From a virus: a stretch of 64,000 nucleotides of DNA. Positions 1 to 10,808 of the stretch are shown here, one piece after another. The stretch's first letter is position 1, and every line of letters begins with the position of its first letter. The notes beneath the pieces were generated by a model that saw only the letters and a program-made list of their open reading frames with translations, made no database searches and was not told the origin of the DNA. The position numbers were made by a program, and so were the translations under genes. The stretch lies in the IMG/VR virus record IMGVR_UViG_3300017727_000002; one strand, 5' to 3'.

Positions 1-1263
1 ACGAATTTAGTTGACCAGTCATCAACTGCTATAAATGTCCCAGAGATTGACCAGAAAAAATTAATTAATACTGGAGATATTGGTTTAGCATTATCAACTT
101 CCTCGGGAACTGGTACTGTGAGTACAACTTCTGCTAGTCCTACTGTGACTGGTTCAGGAACTGCCTTTACAACCCAAGTCTCAGTTGGCGACACATTAAC
201 AACATCTGCTGGTGCATTAGGTAGAGTAAGAACTGTAGGAAGTGACACAAGTATAACACTATGTGATAACACTGCTCAAGTTTCTACTGGGGCAACTTTC
301 CAAATTACTTCTGACCCAGTAATTACATTTAAACATGGAGCAAAAGCTGTAGAGTCAAATGTAGATGCGATTGATAATCTACTTGATAATGTTACAGCAG
401 GAAGTCAGTTATACTTAACTAACATACACCCAGAATTAAATGGTGCTATCGATGTAGAGTCTGTTATTGTAAGCTCAAGCACACTACCATTCGGTGGTAA
501 TCAAGAGCTCGATAAAACTACTATAAATAAAACAGCGAACTTTAGTTTTAATGAAACTAACGATATTAAATTGGATGTCGCTCAAAACTTTACTGAGCAA
601 AAAGCAGGATTTACTATTACATCACAAACAAGTTCAATTAATGTCACAGCTTCTGGTGCAGTTGATGGTAAATTAATTGCTGGTGATATATTAGTTATCG
701 AAGATGCTGATGGTGTAGGGTCTCTTGCTACTGTTGGTGGTGTACAAGTATTTAATAAAACTATTCTTGGTACAGTCGCATCAGTAAATGGTACGAACAT
801 AGCATTGGCTGCAAACGCAACTGCTGCACTTACTGCTAAGAATGTAGTTATAAGAAAAGATATATCAGCTTCTACTTGGAACTTCTCTGCTATGGAAGAG
901 TTTGTTGCTGATACTGCTCCAGTTGGTGCTACTAATTTAGCAAACTATATAACTAGAACTCTAGAATTAACTAATCCAGCTGACGCATTAAATATTACAT
1001 TCGATGCTAATGTACCGAAGTCAACAAATTTACAAGTTTTATATAAAGCATTCTCTGGTGATACAAATCCTGATACTTTAAATTGGATAGATTCTGGATT
1101 TACTGTATCATCTAAAGATGCAGTTGATGTATTTACTGAAAGGAATATAACTGTAAGCGATATCCCTGAATTTACAAAGGTTGTTGTTAAGATTGTTATG
1201 AAATCTACTGATACAATCTCTGTACCAAAAGTTCAGGCATTCCGATTAATTTGTCATAGCTAG
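1..1263 (+). CDS. Large virion structural protein, C-terminal part (DUF4815-like, cyanophage-type); 5' end lies outside the window
   Basis: Frame 1 is open from base 1, so the track start at 118 is not the real start. Thr/Ser/Gly-rich. The C-terminus (YITRTLELTNPADAL...FTKVVVKIVMKS...VPKVQAFRLIC) resembles the end of DUF4815-type structural proteins of marine T4-like phages. Confidence 0.6.
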   Translation, partial: TNLVDQSSTAINVPEIDQKKLINTGDIGLALSTSSGTGTVSTTSASPTVTGSGTAFTTQVSVGDTLTTSAGALGRVRTVGSDTSITLCDNTAQVSTGATFQITSDPVITFKHGAKAVESNVDAIDNLLDNVTAGSQLYLTNIHPELNGAIDVESVIVSSSTLPFGGNQELDKTTINKTANFSFNETNDIKLDVAQNFTEQKAGFTITSQTSSINVTASGAVDGKLIAGDILVIEDADGVGSLATVGGVQVFNKTILGTVASVNGTNIALAANATAALTAKNVVIRKDISASTWNFSAMEEFVADTAPVGATNLANYITRTLELTNPADALNITFDANVPKSTNLQVLYKAFSGDTNPDTLNWIDSGFTVSSKDAVDVFTERNITVSDIPEFTKVVVKIVMKSTDTISVPKVQAFRLICHS

Positions 1264-1271
1264 GAGTAATT

Positions 1272-1502
1272 ATGATTTGGGCAGGAACTAAAATTGAAGG
1301 CGAACCAGATTTAAGAAAAGATAACGATAGTAAAGCGATTATCAATACTAATACTGATGCATACAAAAGATATAAACAACATCAATCTGGAAAAATAGCT
1401 GAGTTGGCGGAAAAAGAACGCATAAAAAAAGAAATAAATATACTTAAAGATGATGTTAAAGATATCAAAGATATGTTAATTAAACTCACGGAGAAACTAT
1501 AA
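1272..1502 (+). CDS. Small coiled-coil hypothetical protein
   Basis: SD (AGGAG) upstream; DSKAIINTN motif and a coiled-coil tail; occupies the position usually seen after DUF4815-like genes. Confidence 0.6.
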   Translation: MIWAGTKIEGEPDLRKDNDSKAIINTNTDAYKRYKQHQSGKIAELAEKERIKKEINILKDDVKDIKDMLIKLTEKL

Positions 1503-1711
1503 TGGCAAAGGAAGCTGCAGTCGCACAAGTAAGTCAGAGTGAAACCTTTGACCAGTGGCGAGTAAAAACGAATTTGAATATTACTAAGGGAAACAACCAA
1601 GAAGATAAACTTGGCGACTTAGCACTATTACAAAATGGAGAAGCTGATTTAACATCAGCTGTTAATAACGCAAGAGATTATTCAATAGCAATTAGTATTG
1701 CACTTGGTTAG
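1502..1711 (+). CDS. Short fibre/neck-associated peptide with TFDQWRVKTN N-terminus and SIALG C-terminus
   Basis: Translationally coupled (TAATG). The TFDQWRVKTN motif is typical of N-termini of T4-like fibre/whisker proteins. Confidence 0.55.
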   Translation: MAKEAAVAQVSQSETFDQWRVKTNLNITKGNNQEDKLGDLALLQNGEADLTSAVNNARDYSIAISIALG

Positions 1712-1733
1712 TCTTTAAGAAAAGGGAAAATAA

Positions 1734-2057
1734 ATGGCAAACGATTTTAAAAATGGATTGGCGAAGGATGTTGGGTCTTCGGCAGTCACACTCTACACAA
1801 CTCCCAGCTTAAAGCAATCCATCATTATCGAATGTGATGTATGCAATACAACTTCTGCTACTATAACCACTGATGTGTTTATAGCTTCTGGCGGACAAGA
1901 CTTCCATATTGTGAAGAACGCACCAGTCCCAACAGGTGGTACTCTTCAAGTGGTTTCTAACCAGAAAATTATATTAGAAAGTGGCGAAGTTTTAAAAGTA
2001 AAAAGTAGTGCAGCATCATCTGCGGATGTTATTGCTTCAATACTTGAAGATGTATAG
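1734..2057 (+). CDS. Conserved marine-phage MANxFKN-type beta-rich structural protein
   Basis: MANDFKN...VGSSAVTLYTTP...IILESGEVLKVKSS pattern; follows an ALG-ending gene. Confidence 0.55.
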   Translation: MANDFKNGLAKDVGSSAVTLYTTPSLKQSIIIECDVCNTTSATITTDVFIASGGQDFHIVKNAPVPTGGTLQVVSNQKIILESGEVLKVKSSAASSADVIASILEDV

Positions 2058-2067
2058 GAAATAAAAT

Positions 2068-4317
2068 ATGGCATATATTGGTTCACAAACTATTAATGCG
2101 AGTACTACACTCACGCGACCTAGAGACGAGTTCGTATGTGATGGTAATACCAAAGCATTTAAATTAAGTCAAGAAGTTCCTGGAGCATTTGAGTCAAATG
2201 TTCAGGTTGTACTTGGGAATATTATTCAAGAGCCAGTAAATGCTTACACTATACAGGATGTTTATAGATTAACATACTCAAATTTATCATTAACAATTGG
2301 TGCTAACCAACCAGCTCGTGGCGATTTAATTACGCAAGGTGCAAATACATTCTTAGTCACAGAAGCTACTACAGGAATTTTAGATGTAATGGCTGCAACT
2401 GCTGGTGGACCAGTACCAACTACTGGGGCAGGTTTAACATTAAATGTACCTAATATAGATTTCGGTGTAGATACGCAAGTTAAACATGATGATAATACAA
2501 TATCATATACTACTGGAACAATTACAGGAGTCAGTATTGTACAAAGTGGTGGCTCAGGATATGCTACTACTGATACAATTTTTATAGGTGCACCAAATAT
2601 TGGTGGTAATGAAACAGCTACTGCTAGTGTATCAATTTCTGCTCAAGGAGCAGTTCAAGAAATTACTGTCACTAAAGCTGGTAAAGGTTATACATCTGCA
2701 CCTGCTGTAAATATTACTTCTACAGGAAGTGGTACTAACGCAACTGCTACTGCTACTCTAGACTCTGATGGTGGTGTTGCTTCTATTGCTGTTGACTCAG
2801 GTGGGTCAGGTTATGACTCAACTACAACTACCATTACAATAGAAGATGCTACTACTGGTGGTGTTCAAGCAAAAGCAAGTATTACAAGTGTAGATGGTAG
2901 TGGTGCGATTACTGGTGTGACAATGACATCAGGTGGTTCTGGTTATACATCTAAACCAACTATATTTGTTTCAACTGGTGGTGCTACTACAACAAGTGGT
3001 ACAGGTACTATAAGTGTTGCTGCCAATTCAGCTACTGTGACTGGTGTAGGATCTGCCTTTTCAAGTCAACTAACTGTAGGAAATACATTATTCGTTGGTC
3101 AAAGTGTTGTAGGTGTAATTGATGCTATCGCTAGTGATACTTCATTAACTATTAAAACAGCAATTGGATCGACAGCTGTTAATAGTTCAGCATATAGTTT
3201 CGGTGTAAGAGCTGAATTAGATTTAACATTTACTGGTAATGAAGGAACACTTCAAGTTGATTCTGTAGAAACATTACAAAGAAGAGGTTTATATTTTAAT
3301 GGTGTTCCTAGACCAGAAGAAAATTTATATATTAATCACTTAGGTGGGTCAAGTTTCCAAAATGTTCCTTCTGCTGGATCTGTGACAGAAGATACCTTAG
3401 CAACTAATTTAAAAACATTTACTGTAGATAAATTTACTTCTACAGCTTCACAGTCAGCATTTACTTTATCTAAAACTCCACCAAGTGGTAATTCTATTCT
3501 AGTAATTATTAATGGTTCAGTACAAACTGAAACTACACACTACTCAGTATCTGGTACGACTTTAACATTAGTCACTCCATTATCTGCTGGTGTGACTGTC
3601 ACAGTTGTTCATATGGGTTTCAGTACAGTATCTAGAAACGCATTCGTAGATGGTACATTAACATCATCAGCATTTGCTGACTTAACATTAACTGGTAGCA
3701 AGATTGCTCAGAACACAATAGATAATACAAAACTTGCTACAAATACAGTTGTTAATCATTTAGGATATACTCCTGTAGCATCTAATGCAGGTTCAGCTCA
3801 AAGTATTAATGCTCAGTTAGCAATAACTGGCGACTTAGATTTATCTGCTGCTACAGCAGGACAAATTAAATTCCCACCATCACAAAATTCTTCATCTAAT
3901 GGTCAAACTTTAGATGACTACAGAGAAAGTTCATTAGCAACTTCTATGGGATTTGGTGGTGCTCAAGTTGGTTTACAAGCTGGAGCAACAGCTGTAAATA
4001 CAACATACTTTACTAAAGTTGGGAATATAGTTATGCTGAATATGGAAATGACTATTACTGCTAAAGGATCTTCTACAGGAAATGCAGCAATAGTATTACC
4101 AATCGTGGCTAATGCAGATGGCGATGCTATCATTCCTATCTGGTTTGAAGGAATGGCTTCTGGCGTGACAAGTATGATAGGTAGAATAGAAGGTGGATCT
4201 CAGTCTTTAAAATTATTTAAAAGAGATACTGATGGTGAATACACTACAGCAACCCATGCTGATTTTACTGATGCTTCACATCTGATTGGTTCAGGTACAT
4301 ATAGAAGTGCAACATAA
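2068..4317 (+). CDS. Tail-fibre-like virion structural protein (749 aa)
   Basis: Gly/Thr/Ser-rich with repeated xTxxGxGYTSxPxVxI units and FTxTxSQSAFTLS modules; lies in the structural block. Confidence 0.7.
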   Translation: MAYIGSQTINASTTLTRPRDEFVCDGNTKAFKLSQEVPGAFESNVQVVLGNIIQEPVNAYTIQDVYRLTYSNLSLTIGANQPARGDLITQGANTFLVTEATTGILDVMAATAGGPVPTTGAGLTLNVPNIDFGVDTQVKHDDNTISYTTGTITGVSIVQSGGSGYATTDTIFIGAPNIGGNETATASVSISAQGAVQEITVTKAGKGYTSAPAVNITSTGSGTNATATATLDSDGGVASIAVDSGGSGYDSTTTTITIEDATTGGVQAKASITSVDGSGAITGVTMTSGGSGYTSKPTIFVSTGGATTTSGTGTISVAANSATVTGVGSAFSSQLTVGNTLFVGQSVVGVIDAIASDTSLTIKTAIGSTAVNSSAYSFGVRAELDLTFTGNEGTLQVDSVETLQRRGLYFNGVPRPEENLYINHLGGSSFQNVPSAGSVTEDTLATNLKTFTVDKFTSTASQSAFTLSKTPPSGNSILVIINGSVQTETTHYSVSGTTLTLVTPLSAGVTVTVVHMGFSTVSRNAFVDGTLTSSAFADLTLTGSKIAQNTIDNTKLATNTVVNHLGYTPVASNAGSAQSINAQLAITGDLDLSAATAGQIKFPPSQNSSSNGQTLDDYRESSLATSMGFGGAQVGLQAGATAVNTTYFTKVGNIVMLNMEMTITAKGSSTGNAAIVLPIVANADGDAIIPIWFEGMASGVTSMIGRIEGGSQSLKLFKRDTDGEYTTATHADFTDASHLIGSGTYRSAT

Positions 4318-4318
4318 A

Positions 4319-4325
4319 CTAAATA
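4319..4325 (+). promoter_or_regulatory. gp55-type late promoter (CTAAATA)
   Basis: Intergenic CTAAATA just upstream of a structural gene; the same motif recurs before many late genes. Confidence 0.6.
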
Positions 4326-4344
4326 GGGTATAAGAGGAAATAAA

Positions 4345-4575
4345 ATGCCAATATCAAGAGTAAAATCTAACAGTTTAACTAAGAATATAGAATTACAAGG
4401 AGAATCATTTAGATTCCCCATTGGTACACAGGCAAACCGACCTTCACCTGCTAAGAAGGGAGATCTAAGATATAATTCAGATCTCGATAAAACTGAAATT
4501 TACGATGGCTCAAAGTGGGATGTATATAATTCGCAGGCAGTATCACTAGCTTTGAGTGTTGCTTTAGGAGGATAA
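4345..4575 (+). CDS. Small fibre-associated protein ending in ALSVALGG
   Basis: PIGTQANRP...GDLRYNSD...EIYDGSKW motif is common in tail-fibre modules; SD upstream. Confidence 0.6.
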   Translation: MPISRVKSNSLTKNIELQGESFRFPIGTQANRPSPAKKGDLRYNSDLDKTEIYDGSKWDVYNSQAVSLALSVALGG

Positions 4576-4578
4576 ATT

Positions 4579-5283
4579 ATGCACATTAATGTGCATGACG
4601 ACGACCAGTGGAACTGGGAAATTATTGCTACTAGAGCAAAACAAAATTTCATGGTGACTAAAGCTACTGGTAGAAAAGGTCAAACTGGTGTCATTGGGAT
4701 ACCGAATATTGAAAAGTGTACACTAACTTGCGTACACACTGGATTTATAGAGATACTTGATGAAGAAAAACAAGTATTGGGTACTATGGGTCCAGGAGCA
4801 AAGTTTCATTATGGGATACTTCAACAAGGTATTTCAGCAATGAAGCCAGAGTTGGGGAAAGTCGACTACTTAGGAAAGCCGATTCCCTCAGAAGAAGTTT
4901 GTAAGAGAGTGGCTAGTTATACTCATGTTCTTTTACGAACTGCTAGTGAAGAGAGTATATTTTATTGTTGTTCCGATCCTAAGGATATGTTCATTTGGGA
5001 AGGTGACAATTATGCTTTTGGGAACTTTTCAAGTTTTGATACCGATTGGGATTTAGAACTTGGTTCCGAGTTTGTTGTTGAACCAGAAATGGGTAAATAC
5101 TTTTTTGGTTATTCTGACAATCTTGAAATAAATGGAAAAAAAGTACCTAAATATAACAAGATAAACTCTTATGTATATGATGAACCCATGAGAATAAGAG
5201 GTGGTGAAGGTGATGCCTTCTCAATTTTTACTCAAGAGGGTATGTATAAAGAAACAAGTGGTAATAGAAGATACCAAATTTAA
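4579..5283 (+). CDS. Hypothetical protein (234 aa)
   Basis: Long ORF with SD (GGAGG); globular composition unlike the neighbouring fibres; no family recognised. Confidence 0.6.
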   Translation: MHINVHDDDQWNWEIIATRAKQNFMVTKATGRKGQTGVIGIPNIEKCTLTCVHTGFIEILDEEKQVLGTMGPGAKFHYGILQQGISAMKPELGKVDYLGKPIPSEEVCKRVASYTHVLLRTASEESIFYCCSDPKDMFIWEGDNYAFGNFSSFDTDWDLELGSEFVVEPEMGKYFFGYSDNLEINGKKVPKYNKINSYVYDEPMRIRGGEGDAFSIFTQEGMYKETSGNRRYQI

Positions 5284-5300
5284 TTTTATAGGAAATACTA

Positions 5301-8300
5301 ATGGCAAAAAAACTCATCGCAACTGGTTATACGATTAATGCAGCACAGAACCAGATTACTGTTCCTGGCATTATTCAACCAGTAAGGTTGCTATTAATAA
5401 CAGATATTAATAACAATACAATTTTATATAACTTCGCAGATCCAGCAACAGGTTTAGCCAATTTTGCTTACAACTATACTGCGGATACCACGACTTTCAC
5501 TACTACACTTGACTTGAGTGCTAATGGTGTCGAAAACTCACACGGATTACAGATATTCTATGAAACAGACTTTTCTAGACAAGGGTTTGAAGAAGCGATG
5601 CTTGACCCTGTTAATAAGTTGCGTGTTTCAAACCCAGAGAACTTAATTGATACTGACTTTGAGTATGGTCTTCAATCTTCTAAATGGGAAACTCTACAAA
5701 CAGTTTTAAATATTCCTACAATTTATTCACAAGCAGGTGATGTACCTCTTGAGCAATTAAGTTCAATTACAACTACTGCTAACTCTAAGCAAGTTAAAGT
5801 GACCACTACTGCCAACTCTGGTTTATCACTAGGGGATCCAGTTCTAGTACAAGGTACGACACTAAATGCTGCAGATGGTTTCTTCTTAGTGTCTGGTTTA
5901 ACTTCACAATTAGAATTCTTTTATGAAATGGATAATGCTGCAGAATCTACTGCAACTATTTCAGGTTCATATACTTCAGTTATCCCTGCTAAATTCTTTG
6001 AGGGATCTAACTTAAATATAGATTTAACAAGTACTGCGATTGAAACTGATGGAGCAAACCCATCTATAATGACAGTGACTACTGCTCAAACTCATGGACT
6101 TAAAGCTGGTACAAGAGTTTATTTAAGACAAACAGTTGGTCCGAAAAATTTAAGAATCGCTGACCCAACTGCTAATGGTGGAAACGCACCTGATGGCGCA
6201 CCATGGGTTGATACTCGTGCTACAATTACAACAACTACTACTGTAGATGCTACTACTGCTATCGGTGGTGGTGGTGCTCAAGAATTCCCTGTTGTCACTT
6301 GGGACTGGGAAGGTACATATAACTTGTATCTTGCTGCTTCAATGATTAATACAGGGTCAGATAGAATTACATGGACAAACCATGGATTTACTGATAATGC
6401 TTCACTAATATTTCAAACACAAATTAGAGGTCAAACGAATGGTGGTTTAGTAGATGGTACAGTTTACTATGTAAATGTTGTTGACGCAAACACAATCGAA
6501 TTATATTCTGACTATGGTACTCTTGGTTCAAGAATGAATTTAACTTCTTTTGATTTCACTAGAGGTCATCCTAGATTAACACTGGTATATAAAATCGAAG
6601 GAAATAATGGTACGCAAAGATTTACTGCTTTCTATAAAAGAAACCTAGTGACTGGTAGAGCTTTCCAAAACGCACAGGCAACTCAGAATACTACTAATAC
6701 ACAATCATTTAACTTTAGTATTACAACTTCAGGTTATACACCTATTAAAGCGACACTTACAAGAATCGCTTATGCTGGAAACTTAAACGATAGTGACGAA
6801 ACAGTTGCTGTATCAATACAAGCTAGAAACTATCTAGGACTTGGATCTAATAACTATGGTGTCACTGTTGGTGGTGTTGGTTCTTCAAACGGAAACCTTT
6901 ACCCTAACGCAGATGTGACTCGTTGTATTTATCAACAAGGTTCTAACTTCTACTTAACAACTTCATATACTCCAACTTCTTCAGTTATTGAAACTGATAA
7001 AGCTGGTTCTGTGACTACAGATTATCAATTAACTTTTTATGCAACTACTGACGAACTACCAACTTCAATGAATACTGCACACTCTGGTGCTGACTTAGCA
7101 TCTGGTAATAATAACTTCGGTCTTGGTGGTTCACAAGGTTCTAAATTATTTGCCTTTACTGGCAGATCTTCTGGAGGATCTTCAGGTACTTCTGCTGATA
7201 ACTATGCAAATAGTAATGACCCAGCTAGATTCGGTACAGGTATTCTAAGACAAACTGGTGCAGCAACTGCTTCATCAGTATCAGGTATTATTACAGTAAA
7301 CCAATCAGATGCGAATGCTGAAGATTATTCTTCTAATAGTACGCATGTCTATTATGGTTTCGCAAACGAATTAACTTCTTATAGAAATACTATCTATGCT
7401 CAAGCACATAATTTTATTGATGGTAATTCTGCTGTTATTAATGTAAACTCATATTCTACTACTAACAGATTTGAGTTCGTAGATTCTTCAGGAAATAATG
7501 TTCCTATTGCTCAAGCACAATTTAATGCTACGATTACTGTTATATCAGCTGACTATTTCAGATTACAAATTGCTCAGTCGCCAAATACTGATGATATATC
7601 GGCATTCCCTGAGTCATTTACAGTTGCTACAGCAACACCGAATACAACTTATAACTCAATTTATATTTCAAACCATAAATTAACAGGTGGTAATTTATCA
7701 TCTTACTCTACTACAGGTACAGTAATTGGTGGTCTAACTGGTGGTGCTAACTACACACTTCAGTACTTGAACGACTCCAGATTGATTATCAAGGATCCTA
7801 ATTTATCCTCTGGAAGTGGTTCTGCTACTACAGGTGCATTTGGTAGTACTTCTAACAATGCGTCTCAGTCGTTTACTGTAGATATCCAGACACCTCTTGG
7901 AATAACTCCATCAACTGCTACGATTACTCAAGTACAGTATAGAGGTGACTTTAGAAATACAAACGAATATGTTGATTTAGCATTCTCTGATGGCGATACT
8001 TATAGGATTGGTTCAGAGGGTGGTCAGGATACTAACCAGTTCTTGATTGACTCAGCTTTCGGTTCTAAAAATATTTCAAACCTATTAACTGGTTCGCCTA
8101 AGTCTATTAATGTGACAGTAAGTCCATCCTCTCAGGTAAACTTCTCTGTACAAGGTATGTCTAACTGGTGGGAAATAAGATTCGCAGTGACTGCTGCATC
8201 TGGTGATGTTATTCTATCATCTGCTGGTACAGGCGAACAATTATTTGAGTTGGCTGCAAACGAAGGTGCATACGATGGTGTGTATGGTATCGCTTCAGTT

Positions 8301-10796
8301 CCAAGTGCTACGACCTTTACTCTAAGTTCAGAGTTCCAGATTCCTAACAGGTTAATAACATTTGATGGTTCTAGTAAAGTAAACAGTGGTACAGATAAAA
8401 TTACACTAGGAACACAATCACCATTCCTTCCGCATAACTTATATCCTGGAGAGCAGGTCACTTATTCTAATGGTGGTAATACTGATATCGGTGTATTTAC
8501 TGATGTATCTCAACTTTATGTTATAGCAAATAACTCTATTGATATTCAGTTAGCATCTTCTTATGCTTCTGCTATCGCAGGAACTGCTCTTAACTTAACA
8601 GCAACTTCTGGTACTCATACCCTTACATCTAACTCGCTAGTTAAGATGACAAAAGCTGATGGTAATGTAGATTTCGCTAATGGCGGAAATATGGTCACTG
8701 GTACGACTACTACATTCTTAAAAGATTATAAGAGATTCGATAAGATTTACATTATCGTGAATGACTTAATCAGAGCATTTACTGTTGACGCAGTTATGAC
8801 TGATGAGAAAATGAGAATACAAGAAACATTCCCAGGAGCTGGTACTTCTGTTGAATACTTTAAAATTACTCAGTTATCATTACGACCTGATGGATTCGCA
8901 CTACATAAATCGTTTGATGGTGGTGTAGATATTACTGCGGGAACTTCGCCTAATAGTAAAATTGTTAGACAATCTCGTAAGTACTTTAGATATCAGTCTG
9001 GTAAAGGTATTCAAAACTCATTCGCGATTAACTTCTCGCCAGCAAAAGTTTTATCTTCACTAACTTATGCTTCAAGTGGTAATGTTGTTACAGCAATTAC
9101 TCAGGAGCCACATAACTTAGTGGTCGGAGATAGGATTACTGTTGAAGGTGCAGAAGTGACACTAGGAGAAAACTTATATCTTGGTACATTCCAAGTAGCA
9201 AGTGTTCCTAACGCAACAACTTATACTTATGTTGCTGCTGGTACTATTACTCAAACAAAAGCTGCAGGATTCCCAGAATATTACAGAGAATCTTGGAACG
9301 ACTCGTTCGTAAGAGCTGGTATGTTTGATGACCAGAATGGTTTCTTCTATGAGTACGATGGTCAAAAACTATATTGTGTAAGACGATCTTCTACTCTACA
9401 GATTTCAGGTAAAGTAAACACTACTGCTAACTCTCAGGTTGTGACAGGTACGACTACTTCGTTCACTACTCAGTTGGCTGCAGGCGACAAGTGTTCAATT
9501 AGGGGACAATCTTATCAGGTTGTTGCTGTTGACTCTGACCAAAGGATGATTATCCAACCTGCATATAAAGGTATATCTTCTACCAATGTTAAAATTACTA
9601 AAACAGTGGATATTAAAGTAGCACAGGAAAACTGGAATGTTGACCCATGTGATGGATTAGGTGATACAGGATTTAACTTGAATGTACATAAAATTCAAAT
9701 GGGATATGCTGACTATTCTTGGTATGGTGCTGGTAAAATTAGATTTGGTTTCAAAGATAGAAATGGTCATGTTCACTATAACCACGAATTTATTCACAAT
9801 AACAGAATTAACGAATCATACTTCCGTTCAGGAAACTTGCCAGGACGATATGAGATTGAGAATGGAAACGCTCCATCCTCTGCTCCTACCTTGTTCCACT
9901 TTGGTACATCTATAATTATGGATGGTACTTTCGATGACGATAAGGCATACTTGTTCTCGGCTAATAGTAAACCAATGGTATTTAAAGCAGGTTCTACAAC
10001 AACCTTTACTTCTGATGCAGTATCAACTTTCGATCTAGTGACTCTAGATAATAAGAGGGTGTATGTTTATGCAGTACCTTGTTCAGAGTCTGAAGCACAA
10101 ACAGTGACAGTGGGTCAGTTAATTAAAGACGCTGAAGGAAGAATACCTGCTGATGCTCTAGCTTATGTCACTCAGGTGATTGTAGATGGGTCTAACTCAA
10201 AAGTATTTACTTCTTATCCTGCTACTTCTAATGCACCAGAAACTGCTACTTATCCAAACATAACATCTGGTGTCACTATGACAATTGGTGAGAATGCTTA
10301 TGGTGGTGGCTCTGTTGATATGACAAGACCACACCCTCTAATCTCTATTAGATTGGCACCTTCAGTTGACTCAGGTTTAACAGGTGCGATTGGTGAGAAA
10401 GAAGTTATCAACAGAATGATATTGTCACTAAACAACGCAGGTGTGACAACTAACAAAGACTTAACAGCATTCTTTATCTTGAATGGTTTACCATCTAAGC
10501 TAGATTATACTAATGTTCAAAACCCTGCTTTATCGCAACTTATCTCACATGATACAGGTGATATCGTTCAACAAGGTACAGTGGTGTTCTCACAAGCTGT
10601 GTCAACTGGTTCATTGAACATTGACTTGACTGCTTTGATTGATATGGGTAATAGTATATTGGGTGGTGACTCAGTATTCCCAGCTGGTCCAGACTTGATG
10701 ACATTAGCAATACAGGCGAAGGATACTTCGACAATTACTGCTTCGTCACCATTTATCGTATCTGGTAAATTATCATGGAAAGAGTCGCAAACATAA
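5301..10796 (+). CDS. Giant virion structural / tail-fibre-like protein (1831 aa)
   Basis: Thr/Ser/Gly/Asn-rich; at least six H-x-L-x-x-G-x-x-V-type beta repeats (e.g. THGLKAGTRV, PHNLVVGDRI); structural neighbourhood. Confidence 0.75.
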   Translation: MAKKLIATGYTINAAQNQITVPGIIQPVRLLLITDINNNTILYNFADPATGLANFAYNYTADTTTFTTTLDLSANGVENSHGLQIFYETDFSRQGFEEAMLDPVNKLRVSNPENLIDTDFEYGLQSSKWETLQTVLNIPTIYSQAGDVPLEQLSSITTTANSKQVKVTTTANSGLSLGDPVLVQGTTLNAADGFFLVSGLTSQLEFFYEMDNAAESTATISGSYTSVIPAKFFEGSNLNIDLTSTAIETDGANPSIMTVTTAQTHGLKAGTRVYLRQTVGPKNLRIADPTANGGNAPDGAPWVDTRATITTTTTVDATTAIGGGGAQEFPVVTWDWEGTYNLYLAASMINTGSDRITWTNHGFTDNASLIFQTQIRGQTNGGLVDGTVYYVNVVDANTIELYSDYGTLGSRMNLTSFDFTRGHPRLTLVYKIEGNNGTQRFTAFYKRNLVTGRAFQNAQATQNTTNTQSFNFSITTSGYTPIKATLTRIAYAGNLNDSDETVAVSIQARNYLGLGSNNYGVTVGGVGSSNGNLYPNADVTRCIYQQGSNFYLTTSYTPTSSVIETDKAGSVTTDYQLTFYATTDELPTSMNTAHSGADLASGNNNFGLGGSQGSKLFAFTGRSSGGSSGTSADNYANSNDPARFGTGILRQTGAATASSVSGIITVNQSDANAEDYSSNSTHVYYGFANELTSYRNTIYAQAHNFIDGNSAVINVNSYSTTNRFEFVDSSGNNVPIAQAQFNATITVISADYFRLQIAQSPNTDDISAFPESFTVATATPNTTYNSIYISNHKLTGGNLSSYSTTGTVIGGLTGGANYTLQYLNDSRLIIKDPNLSSGSGSATTGAFGSTSNNASQSFTVDIQTPLGITPSTATITQVQYRGDFRNTNEYVDLAFSDGDTYRIGSEGGQDTNQFLIDSAFGSKNISNLLTGSPKSINVTVSPSSQVNFSVQGMSNWWEIRFAVTAASGDVILSSAGTGEQLFELAANEGAYDGVYGIASVPSATTFTLSSEFQIPNRLITFDGSSKVNSGTDKITLGTQSPFLPHNLYPGEQVTYSNGGNTDIGVFTDVSQLYVIANNSIDIQLASSYASAIAGTALNLTATSGTHTLTSNSLVKMTKADGNVDFANGGNMVTGTTTTFLKDYKRFDKIYIIVNDLIRAFTVDAVMTDEKMRIQETFPGAGTSVEYFKITQLSLRPDGFALHKSFDGGVDITAGTSPNSKIVRQSRKYFRYQSGKGIQNSFAINFSPAKVLSSLTYASSGNVVTAITQEPHNLVVGDRITVEGAEVTLGENLYLGTFQVASVPNATTYTYVAAGTITQTKAAGFPEYYRESWNDSFVRAGMFDDQNGFFYEYDGQKLYCVRRSSTLQISGKVNTTANSQVVTGTTTSFTTQLAAGDKCSIRGQSYQVVAVDSDQRMIIQPAYKGISSTNVKITKTVDIKVAQENWNVDPCDGLGDTGFNLNVHKIQMGYADYSWYGAGKIRFGFKDRNGHVHYNHEFIHNNRINESYFRSGNLPGRYEIENGNAPSSAPTLFHFGTSIIMDGTFDDDKAYLFSANSKPMVFKAGSTTTFTSDAVSTFDLVTLDNKRVYVYAVPCSESEAQTVTVGQLIKDAEGRIPADALAYVTQVIVDGSNSKVFTSYPATSNAPETATYPNITSGVTMTIGENAYGGGSVDMTRPHPLISIRLAPSVDSGLTGAIGEKEVINRMILSLNNAGVTTNKDLTAFFILNGLPSKLDYTNVQNPALSQLISHDTGDIVQQGTVVFSQAVSTGSLNIDLTALIDMGNSILGGDSVFPAGPDLMTLAIQAKDTSTITASSPFIVSGKLSWKESQT

Positions 10797-10808
10797 GAGG
10801 ACTCTAAT

